The notes: a model not told the origin generated them from the letters alone. Positions 26,771-41,344 are shown, numbered from the stretch's first letter. The stretch: DNA of 64,000 nucleotides from Octopus vulgaris (GCA_951406725.2 OX597814.1:67952001-68016000); one strand, 5' to 3'. Program-made: numbers and translations.

Positions 26771-29700
26771 TAAACTAAGTCGTAAAGAAAAAAAACTACA
26801 ATTATTTTTATCATAGTTGGTGTGATGCCGTAAAAGATTCATTGTACAAATATTATTACTAATATTTGTAGTAGTATTTGGTAAATTACAATGATTAATA
26901 TTCACACTTAGGCAATAACTGATACTGCTTAATTTCCTGTCCTTTATTATGGTTATATTATCTGAACGTATGCGAGTATATATACTTTTCTACATTTATA
27001 TCGTGTATTCCTATTGCTATCAGATTTTACCATTAATTTTTTTATCCTTATTCTTTAATGAAATATTATAATAATATTTTGCTACTTCATATATTTTTTA
27101 AAATTATATTATTCTGACCAGAGTCACTTGTCAGGATATAACTTTAGGTATCCAAGCATTCATTATTCCCTCCATTTAAGACAGCAAATTGTGCTTACCC
27201 TTTTATTTTATCCATCGCCCCACCCACTATTTCTATCTATCTTTTCCGCCCGCACCTCTTTCTGCTGTATCAGAAGGTACTCTAGACATGCGTATCGCAG
27301 TTGATATGTGACTCTATGTACTCTGATAATAATTTTTTTTTACTTATGTTTTACCTTCTCGATCAGACGATTGCTTGAAAATGCAGACTAATTAGTGAAT
27401 CCAACTTCTAAAATAATCATATCTATTGAGTAACTGTTGTGAAAATGTTCGACTCCAATATATATTGTGCTTTTAATACATGTCTATGAAAATATTTCTA
27501 TTGCAGACAAAAACCACGCCATCATGTTTTACAGCAGTTATACAAGTTTAATATGATACGCAAATGCTGATTTTAATTTATACTATTTCAATCGCGTTCA
27601 TCGATTTTTTTACAATACGGCAAGCTTTCCGCAATACCAGTGAATATATTATTCCCTGTTTCGAAATATATCGAAGCGCAATCTCCGTGTTAGCATGTGA
27701 CAAATAGGGACACGGCAGTGACAAACCCCAAGTCGGGCGAAGCGCATCTGTTACTCTTATGAATTACCGCTACGATGACGCCCGTCTCGCTCCGATATAG
27801 AAGTTGTATTTTAAAGAAATACATGAAGAAATATTCTCTCAGACAAAAATCAAAGTATCATGCCTTACAACTGTGTATGATACACAGGTGGCGATTCATA
27901 CATACGCACACATACATGTACACATGGTCACACATTTTTACATGGGAACAACTTCTTTTTAAAAGAATGTCCAATAAAATAAATAATACCTATAGATCTA
28001 AAAGCAAAATAAATACCAAGAGAGCAAAATGTTTTGCTTTTATCGCCTATTTATGATGAAAGATGGCGGATATATTTATTCAAGTAGAAATAGTAATCAA
28101 TCTGCAAAGACAGGAGTAAATGTATGTGTTAATTTCTGTAACTTCCAGCCTTCAATACACAATGATGAAAAATTCCAATATCTTCCAAACATACAAACCA
28201 CATGTCATTTTTCTCTCAACTCCTTTTCTTCGATTTCTGAGCATTTCTATTTATTTTCGTTATTCATTATTATATTTATACCGCCTTTATTACTTATTTT
28301 TAATTTCTGTTACACTTTTATTTTTGTATTTGTGTTTGCTGTTTGGTTTGATATATCAGACACTATTATACATTACGGTTTAAAAAAATGATATTATCTT
28401 GGTCAAGATCAATCGTTGTCAATGAAGTAAAAACGTTATATAGATTTTGACAGATATTTACATTATTCCTTCCAAAAAATGTTGATTTTCCATTTCTGAT
28501 TGTAACGATCCCAGTAATGATTGTTATAAACAGGGTAATATATAATTTCTTTAACTGAAAAGACTTGTCTGTCCGCCTCATGGTTCCAACGGACAGAATG
28601 GAGAAGGCGTTGCTCTGGAGGATGGACATCCCAGTTCATACATTCTACCAAAGATATCGGAAAAGTGATAGGCGTCATTCGATCTTATTTCCTGAGCCTT
28701 ATAACTCTAATGTCTTAAGCCCAGGTAAGAGTTACAAACTTGTTTTTGGTAACTTTAATCAGCAAGTTACATCATTTATATCACAAAAAAATTTGAAAAG
28801 CATGTAAGTCGCACTGTCACAAAACCTTCCTACAAACTTTATGATTTTAGAATATTAATCTAAGAAATAATAATGTTTCTGTGAAACTGATCAGAGATAC
28901 AATATCCATGGCTATCCTTAGTTTATAACCTATTTAGAACTGCCCTTCTTATCTTTAAACCTGCAAATACCGATTCTCTGTCCGTAGCTGATAGAGCGTG
29001 ACGACGACAAATGCTTGCCATAAGTTTCAATGACATCATCCACAGCTCAGAGGTGTGTTTTCATGCACATTTTCTATAAGGGCAATTTATTTTCTGAGAC
29101 AGTATACACAGCGAAGGTCAGGTTTGAGTGTAGTGTTAAATATAACTAAATTTTAATCATCGCTGCTTGGTGGCCTCTAATAAATTAGCTTCAGCTTGAC
29201 AAAGCTTTGTACGCATCATGATATTTATAAATTGCTGTTTAATTATAAGAACGAGTGATTCGGTGACTGTAAAACGTAACGACGGAGAAATTTTAGAAAT
29301 GAAGTAAATATCCATCTATATACCGTTATAGATGTAAAATATATGGGCGGCAAACTGCTACAGAAAATCGAAATCCGTACTTCTTACTTTTCGGCTGACC
29401 GCTCTGTACCATTGAACTAAATGGTCCGTGACAAGAGATCTCGTCTTTTATAATGCTATAAGAGTATTTTACATGATCCTCTAATCTGTTTTCACAGCTA
29501 TTCTCCAGCGTTCGAGATTTCTTTTACTTCTAAAACACCAACTCACTCCGTGCTTCTATGTTTATTCATAAAAATGTTCCCATGTTTTGAAATACATTTT
29601 AAGTAGTAGAACACAATCTGGTATAGAATTCAATACGTTGAGGAGAGATGACACAACTGCTTATTATATCAAAATTTGACAATTTACTTTGAGATTTGTA

Positions 29701-30896
29701 CAGCCCGGGGCGAAATTCACAACAATCTATTAACTTTTGATGTAGTAAACAGATATGTATGTATGCATGTACATATGTACGCAAGTACGTATGTAGTACG
29801 TTTGTATGTATGCATGTGTGTATAAATTATACATTTATGTGTGCGTGTGTTTATTGCGTATATATGAACTTGTACTTCATTTTCCCCTATATAAATGTGT
29901 ACATGTTTAAATAGCAATTAGACAAAAATGAAGATCCTGTTGTTACGTGGGTTGCTCAGTCTTAGAGTTTTAAAGAGACAGAATTACTTCTCCAGATTAT
30001 TCAATAGATGAAGATTTTAGAAATCTGTCTTTGATGTTTTATAGTTGCTAAATTCACAGTCCTGAGAGGTCGATATGTCAGAAAGCATAAAAATATTCTC
30101 TAGACCAATGAACATAGAGAAAAGGGAATTACTACTATATATTTTCACTACTCTAATTTACGAAAGAGGGGTATTTATATAAGTTAAGACAGAAGAGATT
30201 TGAAAGTAACTAAAAAGAGAAAGAGCGGGAGAAGTTCTACAGGATGCATAATAAATCTATGTAAAAATAATATGCTAAGTACCCACCTCTGAAACCCAAT
30301 AGGTTTTTTACGGTTACTCTGAATTAAATTAAATAAGATTAAATTGAGTTAAACTGGGTACAGAAGTAGAGACTAGATTAATGACTGTAACCCTGAATGA
30401 TGTTATATAACAATATAATCTTAATTTTTTATTTGATTGCTCTACGATTAAGGCACCAACCAATCTACTGATAAACTCGGATTCACAGTTTGTATAAATC
30501 ATCCGATAGACTTAGCATTTACGGATTCTTATGTTCCTCAATTGATATTATGTTAGCCAGGTTTTAACGCATCCAGTCCCATCAAAGTCAGGCTTGTGCT
30601 TCATCCCTCTGGGTTCGATAAACTCTTCGGATAATAATCTGCTATTACTAGTCATGAAGAAATAAATTTTACATTTACAGCTGATGAAATAGACTTCACA
30701 TTTTCTCTTTATATTCAATGATGTTTCGTCTGGCGGGAATATTGTTGATCAAAAGACCTTCAGAAACTTACAATTTCCTATATCTATCCCTAAAGAATAC
30801 ACAACGACAAATGGCAAAGATTTATGGTACATAAAACAATTGAAACTTTGAATAGAGTAACAATTAAAATATTAATTATAAATTATTTTAATCATA

Positions 30897-31886
30897 TCAT
30901 CCATATGGGTGGCAATGTTTCCGAATCTTTCTTTTTGCAATTTCAACTTGGTTTGATTCAGAATTCCATTTCGTGTAGAGGGGAACGCATGTTGTATAAC
31001 CCCATCGTGTTTTGAAAGGCTTCCCTATTTTCGCAATTACTTTTTGGTTACAGTAGGCATTATTATGTTTTCTTCCAGCTTCATTTCCATCCGCTGTTGT
31101 TTGGTGTACTGCAATTACTGTATTAGTGGCATCAATAACAGTAATGTTTTGTGTAATGGCAAAATATACTAACCAGTTATCATAATGGATACGTCCTACA
31201 ACTAGATCTGGTAACAAATGCCAAGGAAAGTGGCGATTTGTTAGGAAATAGTCTAATGCAATGCCTTTCATCAAAGAACCAGATTTAGCGACTTCAGCCA
31301 CATTTTCGAGCCTGTCGATTGTTCGACCGTCTGTAAAATTTACATTTGTCCTTTGTCCTATTATTAATAAAGGGCCATTTCTAAAACCTGTTTTATTGAC
31401 CGATTCAAGAGTTTTCGTAAGGCCTTGATTGAAAATAATATCACTATTAGCAAAGCCGTAAAAATCAGAGTTTTTGAAAATTTTTATTACATCAAGTATC
31501 ATTGATTTCAACACTGGTACTTTTCCACAGGCAACTTTTGGAATGGGTTTAATGAACCAGCCGTGTTGTATTAACATTTCCATGTTTTCTCTGAATTTTT
31601 CGTTTATTCGGAATATCTCGGAATTTTCCATGTAAGCAACAGGCTGCACTAACCCTGGCCATAGAGACCAGAGTTGCCCAGTATTTTCATGAACGTTCTG
31701 CTTTTCAATTGAACTTTTCCACGACGTCGTTAAAATTAAGAGCTTTTTTTCATTGTCTATTAGGTCACGAGTGAAGATATTTATTCTATATTTTTTAATT
31801 TCTATGTTATAAATCCAACTGATATAGTAGACCATAAACAGAACAAAAACAAAAGAGCATATTTTCAATGGTATTTTAAAAGCCAT
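30897..31886 (-). CDS. Single-coding-exon type II membrane protein, putative GT-A-fold glycosyltransferase-like (329 aa)
   Basis: Intact non-TE ORF with an N-terminal signal anchor (ICSFVFVLFMVYYISWIY). Motifs: FYGFANSDIIF (DxD-like), IIGQRTNV, LDYFL, PDLVVGRIHYDNWLV, IDATNTVIAVHQT. A splice acceptor lies 19 nt upstream of the ATG. Confidence 0.88.
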   Translation of the reverse strand: MAFKIPLKICSFVFVLFMVYYISWIYNIEIKKYRINIFTRDLIDNEKKLLILTTSWKSSIEKQNVHENTGQLWSLWPGLVQPVAYMENSEIFRINEKFRENMEMLIQHGWFIKPIPKVACGKVPVLKSMILDVIKIFKNSDFYGFANSDIIFNQGLTKTLESVNKTGFRNGPLLIIGQRTNVNFTDGRTIDRLENVAEVAKSGSLMKGIALDYFLTNRHFPWHLLPDLVVGRIHYDNWLVYFAITQNITVIDATNTVIAVHQTTADGNEAGRKHNNAYCNQKVIAKIGKPFKTRWGYTTCVPLYTKWNSESNQVEIAKRKIRKHCHPYG

Positions 31887-31905
31887 CTTCTGTTATTTCA
31901 GGAAT

Positions 31906-31925
31906 CTGAATAAAACAAAAGTACG
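31906..31925 (-). promoter_or_regulatory. Splice acceptor of a 5'UTR intron
   Basis: Minus strand reads gtacttttgttttattcAG|attcctgaaataacagaagATG. Confidence 0.65.
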
Positions 31926-33624
31926 TGAGAGGAAATTAGCAAAATGGGAATTAATTTTAGCGACTAAACTTGAATGAAGGTTTTTAAAAAAAAAATCAAC
32001 TTTGAATAAAAGGATTTGAATAAAATAGAATCAAGATTTAAAACAGTTACATTTGCGAATAACTTTCCCTTTTTAAACTGAAATGCACAATCAATTTCAG
32101 GAAAAATTTGAATTCGAACGTCTTCCATCTTATTCAATGAGGCAAAAAGAAAAATTAAATATCTGATGGTCTGGAGCAAAGGTGGAATATTTCCAGAGTT
32201 CCAAATATTGTGTTACTACACACACGGTAGTCTAACATTCAGAAAATACTGTATAATATTCTAGAAAAACTAATTCTTCCCAAAGGGATGCAAGTCCTCA
32301 GACAGTCGTAATAACATCACTGAATCTATGCTAGACGGTGCAGCACATGCATATCCACTATAGGCTACAACTTCACATGCAGTATCCCCAGATACCGTTC
32401 TCAAGGGGATATATCGATTATAACTTGTTGCTTCAAGTAAACTAACATGAATAATATTTACCTGTTGGTTGAAATTTGTTTACCTGATATTAGGGTCGAT
32501 GTTGCAATCAATTCTGAAAACCAAAAATAGATCTTTGATGAATAACATGTATCATATAGATGTCAGTAAATAGGAAGAAGATTAAAATGGAGAAAAGTTT
32601 CATGATATCAGCAGTTCATGAAGATATTTTGAAAGAATCTGCCTGCAAGCAATTATGGTTAGAAGGACTGGCGCATATTCTACCAATACCAGATATGAAG
32701 ATAGAGCTATCAGAGTAGCATAATAGAGACAAAATATGGAATCCTCTTACAATGACTCTAAAACTGTGTAAACTATATGTCACGTACTAGTTTGTCCATT
32801 ATTGGGTTTTGGTGTTTGTGTTTGGTGTTTGGGTATTTTTTAGAAATAACATAACTGGGCAAAGATGTGTAAAATCTTTAACGGTACGAAAAGTTCTTAA
32901 TTTTCAATATAGAATTATATTTTTCATTACATATCTACAATTTGTGTCTGATTTTCCACTGTTTCCCAATTATACAAGAGAATGCTATCAATCAGGTCAG
33001 GCCTTTCGACTAAGTACAATGCTGTGAAGGGGAGGCTGAACATATAAGAATATAGAGAACTATGTTGTCATGAATAGTTAAATTTTAACAGTTTCAAGCA
33101 AGAATCGAAACTGCAGTGCAAATTGTTCTTACCAGGAGTCTCTCCTTGGGCCAAAGAGTTCGTCGATGCACTTATTTTCTTTTACATCCATAAAGACTGA
33201 TAAATCTCAGGAAGGAGGAAGAGAGTAAATTGTCTTGTTCATACCTTTGCCAAAAATAATAAAGAAGAGAGTGAGAACTATTAATGATGAAGTCAGTCAA
33301 ATAGTTAGAAGGAACGTGTAATATAAAACAACAGATAAATATAGCAATTATGTCTACTTCCAATCACCACTTTTCTAACTGCCAGCAATTCAATAATAAA
33401 TCGTATTTATCTACAACCTTATTGCAATTACTCAAAAATATTACCTTGTCACACATTCTTAAAATAATTATAACGACAAAATGTAATTCGTTAAAAATAT
33501 TCTAGAAGTGAGCGGATTCGAATAATTACAGTTCTAAAATTACTGAGAAGAAAGAGAAAAACTTCTACTTTGTCATTTATCCTGATCAATATATCTGCAA
33601 AATATCCTCGAGTTTCTACCTCAT

Positions 33625-33964
<340 letters not shown>

Positions 33965-33966
<2 letters not shown>

Positions 33967-34329
33967 TATATATATATTTATATATATAAACGGCAAAATG
34001 TGTGTGTGTGTGTGCGTGTCCTAAATTTTTCAGTTAGAGAGCTCGCACTTTCTATGTTTATTCAAAACTGTCCAAGGGTGGTCGTGCACATCTTTACATT
34101 TCCCCAGTCACCCCACAAACCATTAAAAAATCAATAGAAGTGACTTTTTTGTGAATTTTCTATCCAAAACCCAATCAAAATGCCCGAAACTTGATACGCC
34201 AATTGAAAGCTTGCTAGCTGTATGTGATTGGTCGGAGATTTGGACAGTACTCGCGTGTATGTGTGCACGCACGCAGCTGCATATGCATGCACTAGCACTA
34301 TGACCCAGCGTTGCCGGGTCATAGTGTTA

Positions 34330-34330
<1 letters not shown>
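33965..34330 (+). mobile_element. Non-autonomous Helitron-like element
   Basis: 5' TCTATATATA..AAA start; 3' GC-rich hairpin gacccagcgttgccgggtc followed by atagtgTTAG|t (CTAG-like end). Confidence 0.65.
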
Positions 34331-34385
<55 letters not shown>

Positions 34386-35829
34386 GTACATGCACACAAA
34401 TATAGACGATTATGTAAAATCACTTGTTCCGGTACATTTGGATATATACAGACAAACGCTGTACCTTTGCTTCAAGAGAAAGAATCTCCTCAGAAAATAT
34501 GGGTGTAAACACACAGCTAGATCATGAATGAGTGGAAGTACCGCAGGACGAATGCGTTTCTGCGTCGCTACTCTTCGCCGAATACGTAAACCGAGACGCC
34601 GTTCATGGTTTCTAAGAGCTGGTTGCTCTTGTCTTTTTCAAAGAATCACACTCTACATACACACATACATACATAGGTACATACATATATACACATGTGC
34701 GTAAGTTTGTAGAAATGTTTATATGCAAATACAAGTTCATCCTTCCATCCATGTATGTATGTATGTATGTATGTATGTATGTATGTATGTATGTATGTAT
34801 GTATGTATGTATCTATGGATGGATGGATGGATAGATGGATGGATGGTTGAACATATAACCATATCTACATACATACCCATACATAGACACATAAATACAT
34901 GCACCCTGAAAGAAGCTGTTTCCATCAACAGAACCTCAAAAACTGGCTTATTAAGTACGACAAATCTGGATTACCCAGTTGCTTCTTCCTGCCACGATCA
35001 CATGAAATGAAACAAAAGTGATATTATTAAAAAGGCATTTCTCTCTCAAGATATTTAAGGTACTACTGTTTAGTATGAATATTTCTTAGAAAGTCTTCTC
35101 ATATTGAAGGATTACAATTTTTTATTGCTAACACTGAATGCAAATTTTTGACGGTGTCTTAGATACAAGAGTTGTGCTTTAGAGAAATATGTTTATAATT
35201 TATTAGACTTGATGAAATATTTGAACGTAAATTATGAATGAAATACGTTTCTGTTATAGAAAAAAATTCATCATGTTAGCATGTTCTTTTTTATGGGGTC
35301 TTAATGAAAACTCTTAATGAAAATAAAGAAAACGAATAACATATTTAACAATATCAATTTAGTACAGTGGATATCAAGCAATGCTGTACATAGATCAAGT
35401 TACTCGTAGCTGAAACAGAGTTGTGTTGTAATATTTTCGTGAAACCATACACGGTAGTTTAGTCAGGAGGAAACGACCTTCTTAAATCCCTCGGGCCAGG
35501 TGGAATTGACACAGTTTAAGTTCACTTTCAATATATAAGTGGGTGACTGAAGAAACAACCTATTCAGAAGGGAATTTACGTTACAAAGGATTCACATTCT
35601 TCAAAAGGTGGATTGGAGGTTATGGTGGACAGTAAGGAGGACAAGAAAGAAACAGTTGGATGGATTTGGGTGAAGATGACATGATCCTAATTTCTTAAAA
35701 AAATTTCGCTCTAATAGCGATGTAACAAAGAAAGAAAGGAAGTGAGGAAACGTTTCGTCTGTAAACCAAAGTCGCTGGCAATTACTCGGATAGTTTTCTA
35801 TTGACTTCTAGGGTTAAGGTGTCAAAGTA

Positions 35830-38800
35830 CAATACCACTTCCTCATAGTGACATTTGGTCACTGATCAAGTAGGGGATACGGTGGGACTTTGTGTACCTC
35901 ATTACTGCGTCGGTAGCCGTGAAGACTCAACAGGAATACAGAAACGAGACCTCTAATGGGGCTGGCTCTGGTGAATCAAGTCCTCAACAGTAGGTCAGGT
36001 GGTGGAAGTTGTCTCTCAACCAACTCGACGACTGTGAAGGCGAGTGGAGGCTGCAATGAATCTGTTAACTATAATTGTCTTTGTTCATCATTCAGTTGAT
36101 GGATTTGTGAAGAACCATGTGCTTCTTGAAGTGCGACACTAAGTACATGCTAAACAAATTCATGCAGAGGCGTCTTCGTTCTGTTAGTACATTCCTCAAT
36201 CTTTCGGTGATCAGGGACGGGTGACGGAAACAGGCATGTGAGTTACTAGTCAAAAACTAGCACGAAAGCGGTGAATATTCGATTTAGTCGTTCATCTTTT
36301 GGATAGAGGCAGAAAGGTGCTCGACAGTTATATTCACGACTGAGCAGTCCTATTTAGGATCTGCTCTGCTCACCCTGAATTGGGAAGGGAGTTAGAAAAG
36401 TGCCCTAAAAATAGTCTGTTTCATTCCATCAACTCTGAATAACCGCGTCTAGAGGGATCACCATCCATGCGGTCAGAAAGCTTCAAGAAATAAAACTCTG
36501 AAAATTGGAACTCAGAACATTCGCAATCTTATGGACAACCCAACTTTCGATCGACCTGAGATAAGAACCGCTTTTGTGGCTCGAAAGTTTCGCCGACTCA
36601 GTTTTGACATCGTCACTCTGAGTCAAACCCCCAAAACTGGAGAGGGTCAAGTGAGAGAAGAACAAGATAATTACACCTTTTTCTGGAAAGGGGTCGACCC
36701 GGAATAACCAAGTATCTACAGAGTGAGTTTTGCCATCAAGAATAGTCGACTACCCAAGCTCATAGACGAATCAACCCAAAAAAGCGAACGCCTCATGCCT
36801 TTAAATTCATCTTCAAAAGAATCAACGTGCCACCATCATCAGCGCTTATGCTCCAACTATAGACGCTGAAGATGAAGTGAAGGAGAATTTCTATGCCCAA
36901 CTCAACAACATTTTCCCCAAAAGAAACAAAATCATTTTACTTGGAGAATTCAATGCCAGAGTTGGGAGAGACCATAACCTCTGGAAAGGCAACATAGAGC
37001 AGGAAGGAGTTGGCAAATTCAACGCAAACGGAACACTCTTGACAAAATGTGCAGAACATGACTTGGTGATCACTAACACCTTATTTTGCCAGAAAACCAA
37101 GCACAAAGTTTCCTAGTAACATCCATGTTGCAACCATTGGTACCTGATCAGTGATATCATTGTAAAAATCAGAAACCAACAAGAAGTCATGAAGACAACT
37201 GCAGCCACAGATGCCGGTATGTGTTGGGGAGGCCATCGATTTATTTCATCTATCATGAGAATGATGATACGACCCAAGAGGAAACATCAAAACCAAAACA
37301 ACACCAAGAAAGTAGTGAAACTCTGTATAACACTACATGAAAGACTATCCCAGCAGGAAGTGAAACTCATTATCCATTGAGGAACACTGGAACCAACGGA
37401 AACCCGTCATTGTAGACACATGCAAATATACCATCGGATTCAAGACCAAGAAACACATCAAACTTGATTCTATGAAAATGATGAGCAACTTGAGGAAAAA
37501 AAAAAGAAAAGCCTTCATCGCCACCACAAATGATTAGAGATCCACTGCAAAATGCAAGCTATATCAAAAATGCGAAGCCGAAGTTCAGAAAACTACTCGA
37601 AACCTGAAAAACCAATAGTGGAGAGGCAAGGCAAAGGAAATTCAACAACTTGCAGATACCAATGCCACCAGAGGTTTCTTTAATGCCACTCAGGCAATCG
37701 TCAGGCCAGTGGTCAAGCCCCACTGAAAAGCAAGACGGCTCAACCATCCCCAAGAATAATGCCAAGATCAATTTGAGATGGAGAAAGCACTTCCAAGAGC
37801 TTTCAAGACACTTTCAAGACACCAATTTTGATAGTGAGGTCCTAGATCTCGTCCCAAAACAACCCTTTGAAGATTCCTTAAACAAGTTACCAACCCTTGC
37901 TGAAGTGAAAGAAACCGTCATCACCTTGAAGAACAACAAGGCTGCAGGGTTGGAAGGGAACCCCTCTGAGATTTACCAAATCAGCGACAGCCTACTCCAT
38001 TACCAACTGCACCAGCTCCTCATCAAGATTTGGACCAACGAAGAGCTACCATCTGACTTCAGAGATCCAGCCCACATGACTCTTTACAAGAAGACAAGAG
38101 AACGATCTGAACGTGAAAATTTGAGGGGAATCTCCTTTTTGGAAACTTTTGGCAAGGTCCTTGCTCAGATTATGAACAACCGCTTAAAACCATTGGCAGC
38201 GAAAATTCTTCCGGAGACTCAAGCAGATTTTTAGACCATCAAGGGAACAATTGATATGATCTTCACCTTGCGTCAACTCCTTGCGTTGGTACAGCCGTGA
38301 ACAGTACCAACCGCTGCACATGGCTTTCATTGATCTGGCCAAGGCGTTCGGTTCCGTGTCTCTGGAACATTCTCTTTACCTATAGATGCCCTCTAAAGTA
38401 CATCCACATTCTAAGACTCCGCTATGATGACATGTTTGCAACTGTCCTGGTCAACTAAAGAATATTGACCCTTTCCATGTAAAACGGGTGAAAAGCAGGG
38501 ATATGTGATCGCCTCAGTACTGTTTGTCATCTTAATCGCTACAAACCTGCACACCATTAAGGAAGATCTTCCATAAGGTATTGAAATCGTCTATCGAACC
38601 CAAAGGAAACTTCAACCTTTCCCGTATCAGTTCCAAAACCAAGATATCCTCCACCTCCCTGATTGAGTTCCAATATGCAGATGACAACTGTATTGCTGCT
38701 CTTTCGGGGCTTGGGGGGGAGACCTTCAGCAGGTCCAGGCCCTGAACGCCTTCAACCGAGCATACAGCACCCTTGGTCTCACCGTCAACTCTAAGAAGAC

Positions 38801-39645
38801 CCAGATTCTGTACCAAGCAGCCCCAAACGACCCAACCAGAAGAGCCGTCAATGAAGCTCAGAGAAACAACCCTCGAAAGTGTGGACCACTTTCCTTATCT
38901 TGGGAGTTATCTCTCATCAAATCTTGACCTGAGCAATGAGATTCAGCATCGTCTGAAGTGTGCTGGAACTGTCCTTTGACCGTCTCTGTGACATAATCTT
39001 TCAAGACTGTGACATCAGAACCGACGCCAAAATAGTTGTGTACAAAGCGGTCGTCATCCGAACACTCCTGTACGCATCTGAAACCTGTACATCGTACTGT
39101 CGCCATCTGAAAACGTTGGGTAAGTTTCATGAAAGATGCTATAGAAGTATCCTGAATATCGGCTGGGAAGACAGAAGAACAAACGTCAGCATCTTGAAAG
39201 AGGCCAAAAGAAGCATCGAGGCTCACATCATTAAGAATCAAGTGAGATGGAGTGGGCATGTTGTTCTAATGTCCGATGACCGTTTACCAATGCAGATCTA
39301 TTCTCAACTGAATGAAGGAAAGAGGAAGAAAGATGGACAGAAGGGATACAGGCATCTGTTGAAGGCCAACATGAAAATATGTAACATCAATTTCAACAAC
39401 TGGGAAGAAAATGCAAATGACCGAAACCTCTGGAAATCAATCATCTCCCAAGGAACAACTACATTGGAGACAAACAAATGTGAAGAACTGGAAGAAAAGC
39501 GAAGAAGGAGGAATGAGGCGCAACTCCAACAATTTACCCAACTTATAGAAGATACTTCATAGCCCGAAATAAACTCTTCGACCACCTTCGAGTGCACCAA
39601 CAACCCAACATGGACTACAACGAAGACCATCATCTTCTACAATAA
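35830..39645 (+). mobile_element. Degenerate near full-length RTE/BovB-like LINE
   Basis: APE motifs (NYTFFWKG, TIISAYAPT, LLGEFNARVG, LVITNTLF); RT motifs (NNKAAG, RGISFL, LPETQADF, YADD, FPYLGS); C-terminal LLYASET and VRWSGHV. Many stops and frameshifts; the 5' boundary is approximate. Confidence 0.88.
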
Positions 39646-39647
39646 AA

Positions 39648-39992
39648 GCAAGATCATCAGCATATATTAGTTCCCTTAGGCGCCCAGTTTTGAATTCCTC
39701 TGTTATGGCCTGGAGAACTATGAAGAATTAGAGTGGACTAAGCACCGACCCCTGGTAAACTCCAGCTAGTACACTAAATTCATCAGTGTATTCAAGGCCG
39801 ACTCTCATCTTACTGACAGCATCGTTGTACATGGCTTGAATGGCTCTAACAAGTCGCTCCTATACCCCTAGCTTTCTTAGAGACCACCAGATGAGAAATC
39901 GGGAAACCCTTTCGAAAGCTTTCTCCAGATAGACGAAGGCTAAGTACAATGGTTAACTTTTGGCCAAATACTTTTCTTGCAACTGTCTTACT
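39648..39992 (-). mobile_element. RTE-type RT fragment
   Basis: Minus strand translates RQLQEKYLAK..LYLAFV.LEKAF.RV...QGSVLSPL..YADDL. Confidence 0.8.
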
Positions 39993-40074
39993 ATGATTAA
40001 ATGATAATACTGATTATTTTTATATCTGGGAATTTAAAAATACTCTTGCTACATGATTCACTGAAATATATTTA

Positions 40075-41319
40075 CAGGGTGCGATGGGTAAACTCTCGCG
40101 ATGTTATATCTATAATTTTGCGTGTTGTTTGTTTTTGATTTTGTCAACTAAACAGAATACAAGGATCAGTTGGGCATCGTCTGTGAGAAAAACATCATCA
40201 TGATGCAATTCTCTCTGTCAGAAATTTGGGAACGACATACTGTACTGCTTGATATTTGCGCCAGAAGCTCTCTTACGAACATTTCAGAGTGTTTGGGCGT
40301 GCGTCAGTCTGAGGACAATGGAGAGGATTCGGAAAGAGATGGATGAGTTTAATGGTGATTACGAAGGTACGACAGATCGCAAACCTCCTTCTGATCGTTA
40401 TCCAGGCTATGATTGACAATTCAATCAGGTCTATCGCCAGGGACATGGGATTGTCTGAGTTTCATATCAGGCAGGTATTGCATGAGGACATTCGTCATTC
40501 CTCATACAAGGTGAGAAAGGGCCAATTTATATTCCAAGCTATCAAGGACAAGAGGAAAGACCGGCCACGAAGCTTTTGAACAAATTGAAGCATCCCCTCC
40601 AACGAATTATGCTTTGGTTTTCTTCAGACGAGAAAGATTTCTGTCAGGGTCAGATGGTGAACACACAGAACAGCCGTTGGCTTGCCGTGTTCCCAAAATA
40701 TATACCGAGAGTGATAAAATCAAGCATCCAATAAACATCATGGGTGTTTGGCGTGATCACTAGTGATGGCGACGTTATGCCTCCATTCATCTTCCCACGC
40801 GGCCTCACACTCAATACGGAGGCCTACATCAAGTGCCTGGAGGAGGTAGTGCTGCCCTGGGTCAGGAGGATGGCTGTTGGAAGACCCTTTGTCTGATAAC
40901 AGGACTCTGCACCATGCCACACAAGCAGGAGAACCCAGTCATGGCTGTCAGACAATTTCTGCGACCACATCACCCCTATCATCTGGCCACCTAACTCCCC
41001 AGACTGCAACCCCCTTGATTATTATGTGTGGTGTGCTAGAGACCAACAAATCTCCTTGTAACACCAAAGATGAACTAAAGGCAAGGATTATGGCAGCACT
41101 CATCAACTTCAACAAGGAGACCGTCCAGAGAGTTGCAGGAGATTCCGAAGTCGTCTGGTGGCCGTGGTTGAAGACAATGGCGATTTTATTGAAGACATTT
41201 ACACCTCAGTATTTCAAGATATTTTATTATAATTTTGGTAAATATACCTTTTAAAATGGGTTGTCAGTGTTTTATTCATTTTTGCGTAATTTAGACCACA
41301 ATTTATTCACAGCACCCTG
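40075..41319 (+). mobile_element. Tc1/mariner transposon, maT (DD37D) family, decayed
   Basis: TA-CAGGGTGC...GCACCCTG-TA; FFSDEK; QDSAPCH..WPPNSPDCNPLDY with 37 residues between the second and third D. Confidence 0.92.
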
Positions 41320-41344
41320 TACATACATACATACATACATACAT

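Noticed and set aside
27775-28807. Cluster of short ORFs, one hydrophobic
   Set aside because: No recognisable motifs; hydrophobicity follows from T-rich composition, and I found no supported exon chain.
30676-30770. CTGATGA and GAAA hammerhead-like words
   Set aside because: No consistent stems I-III could be built on either strand.
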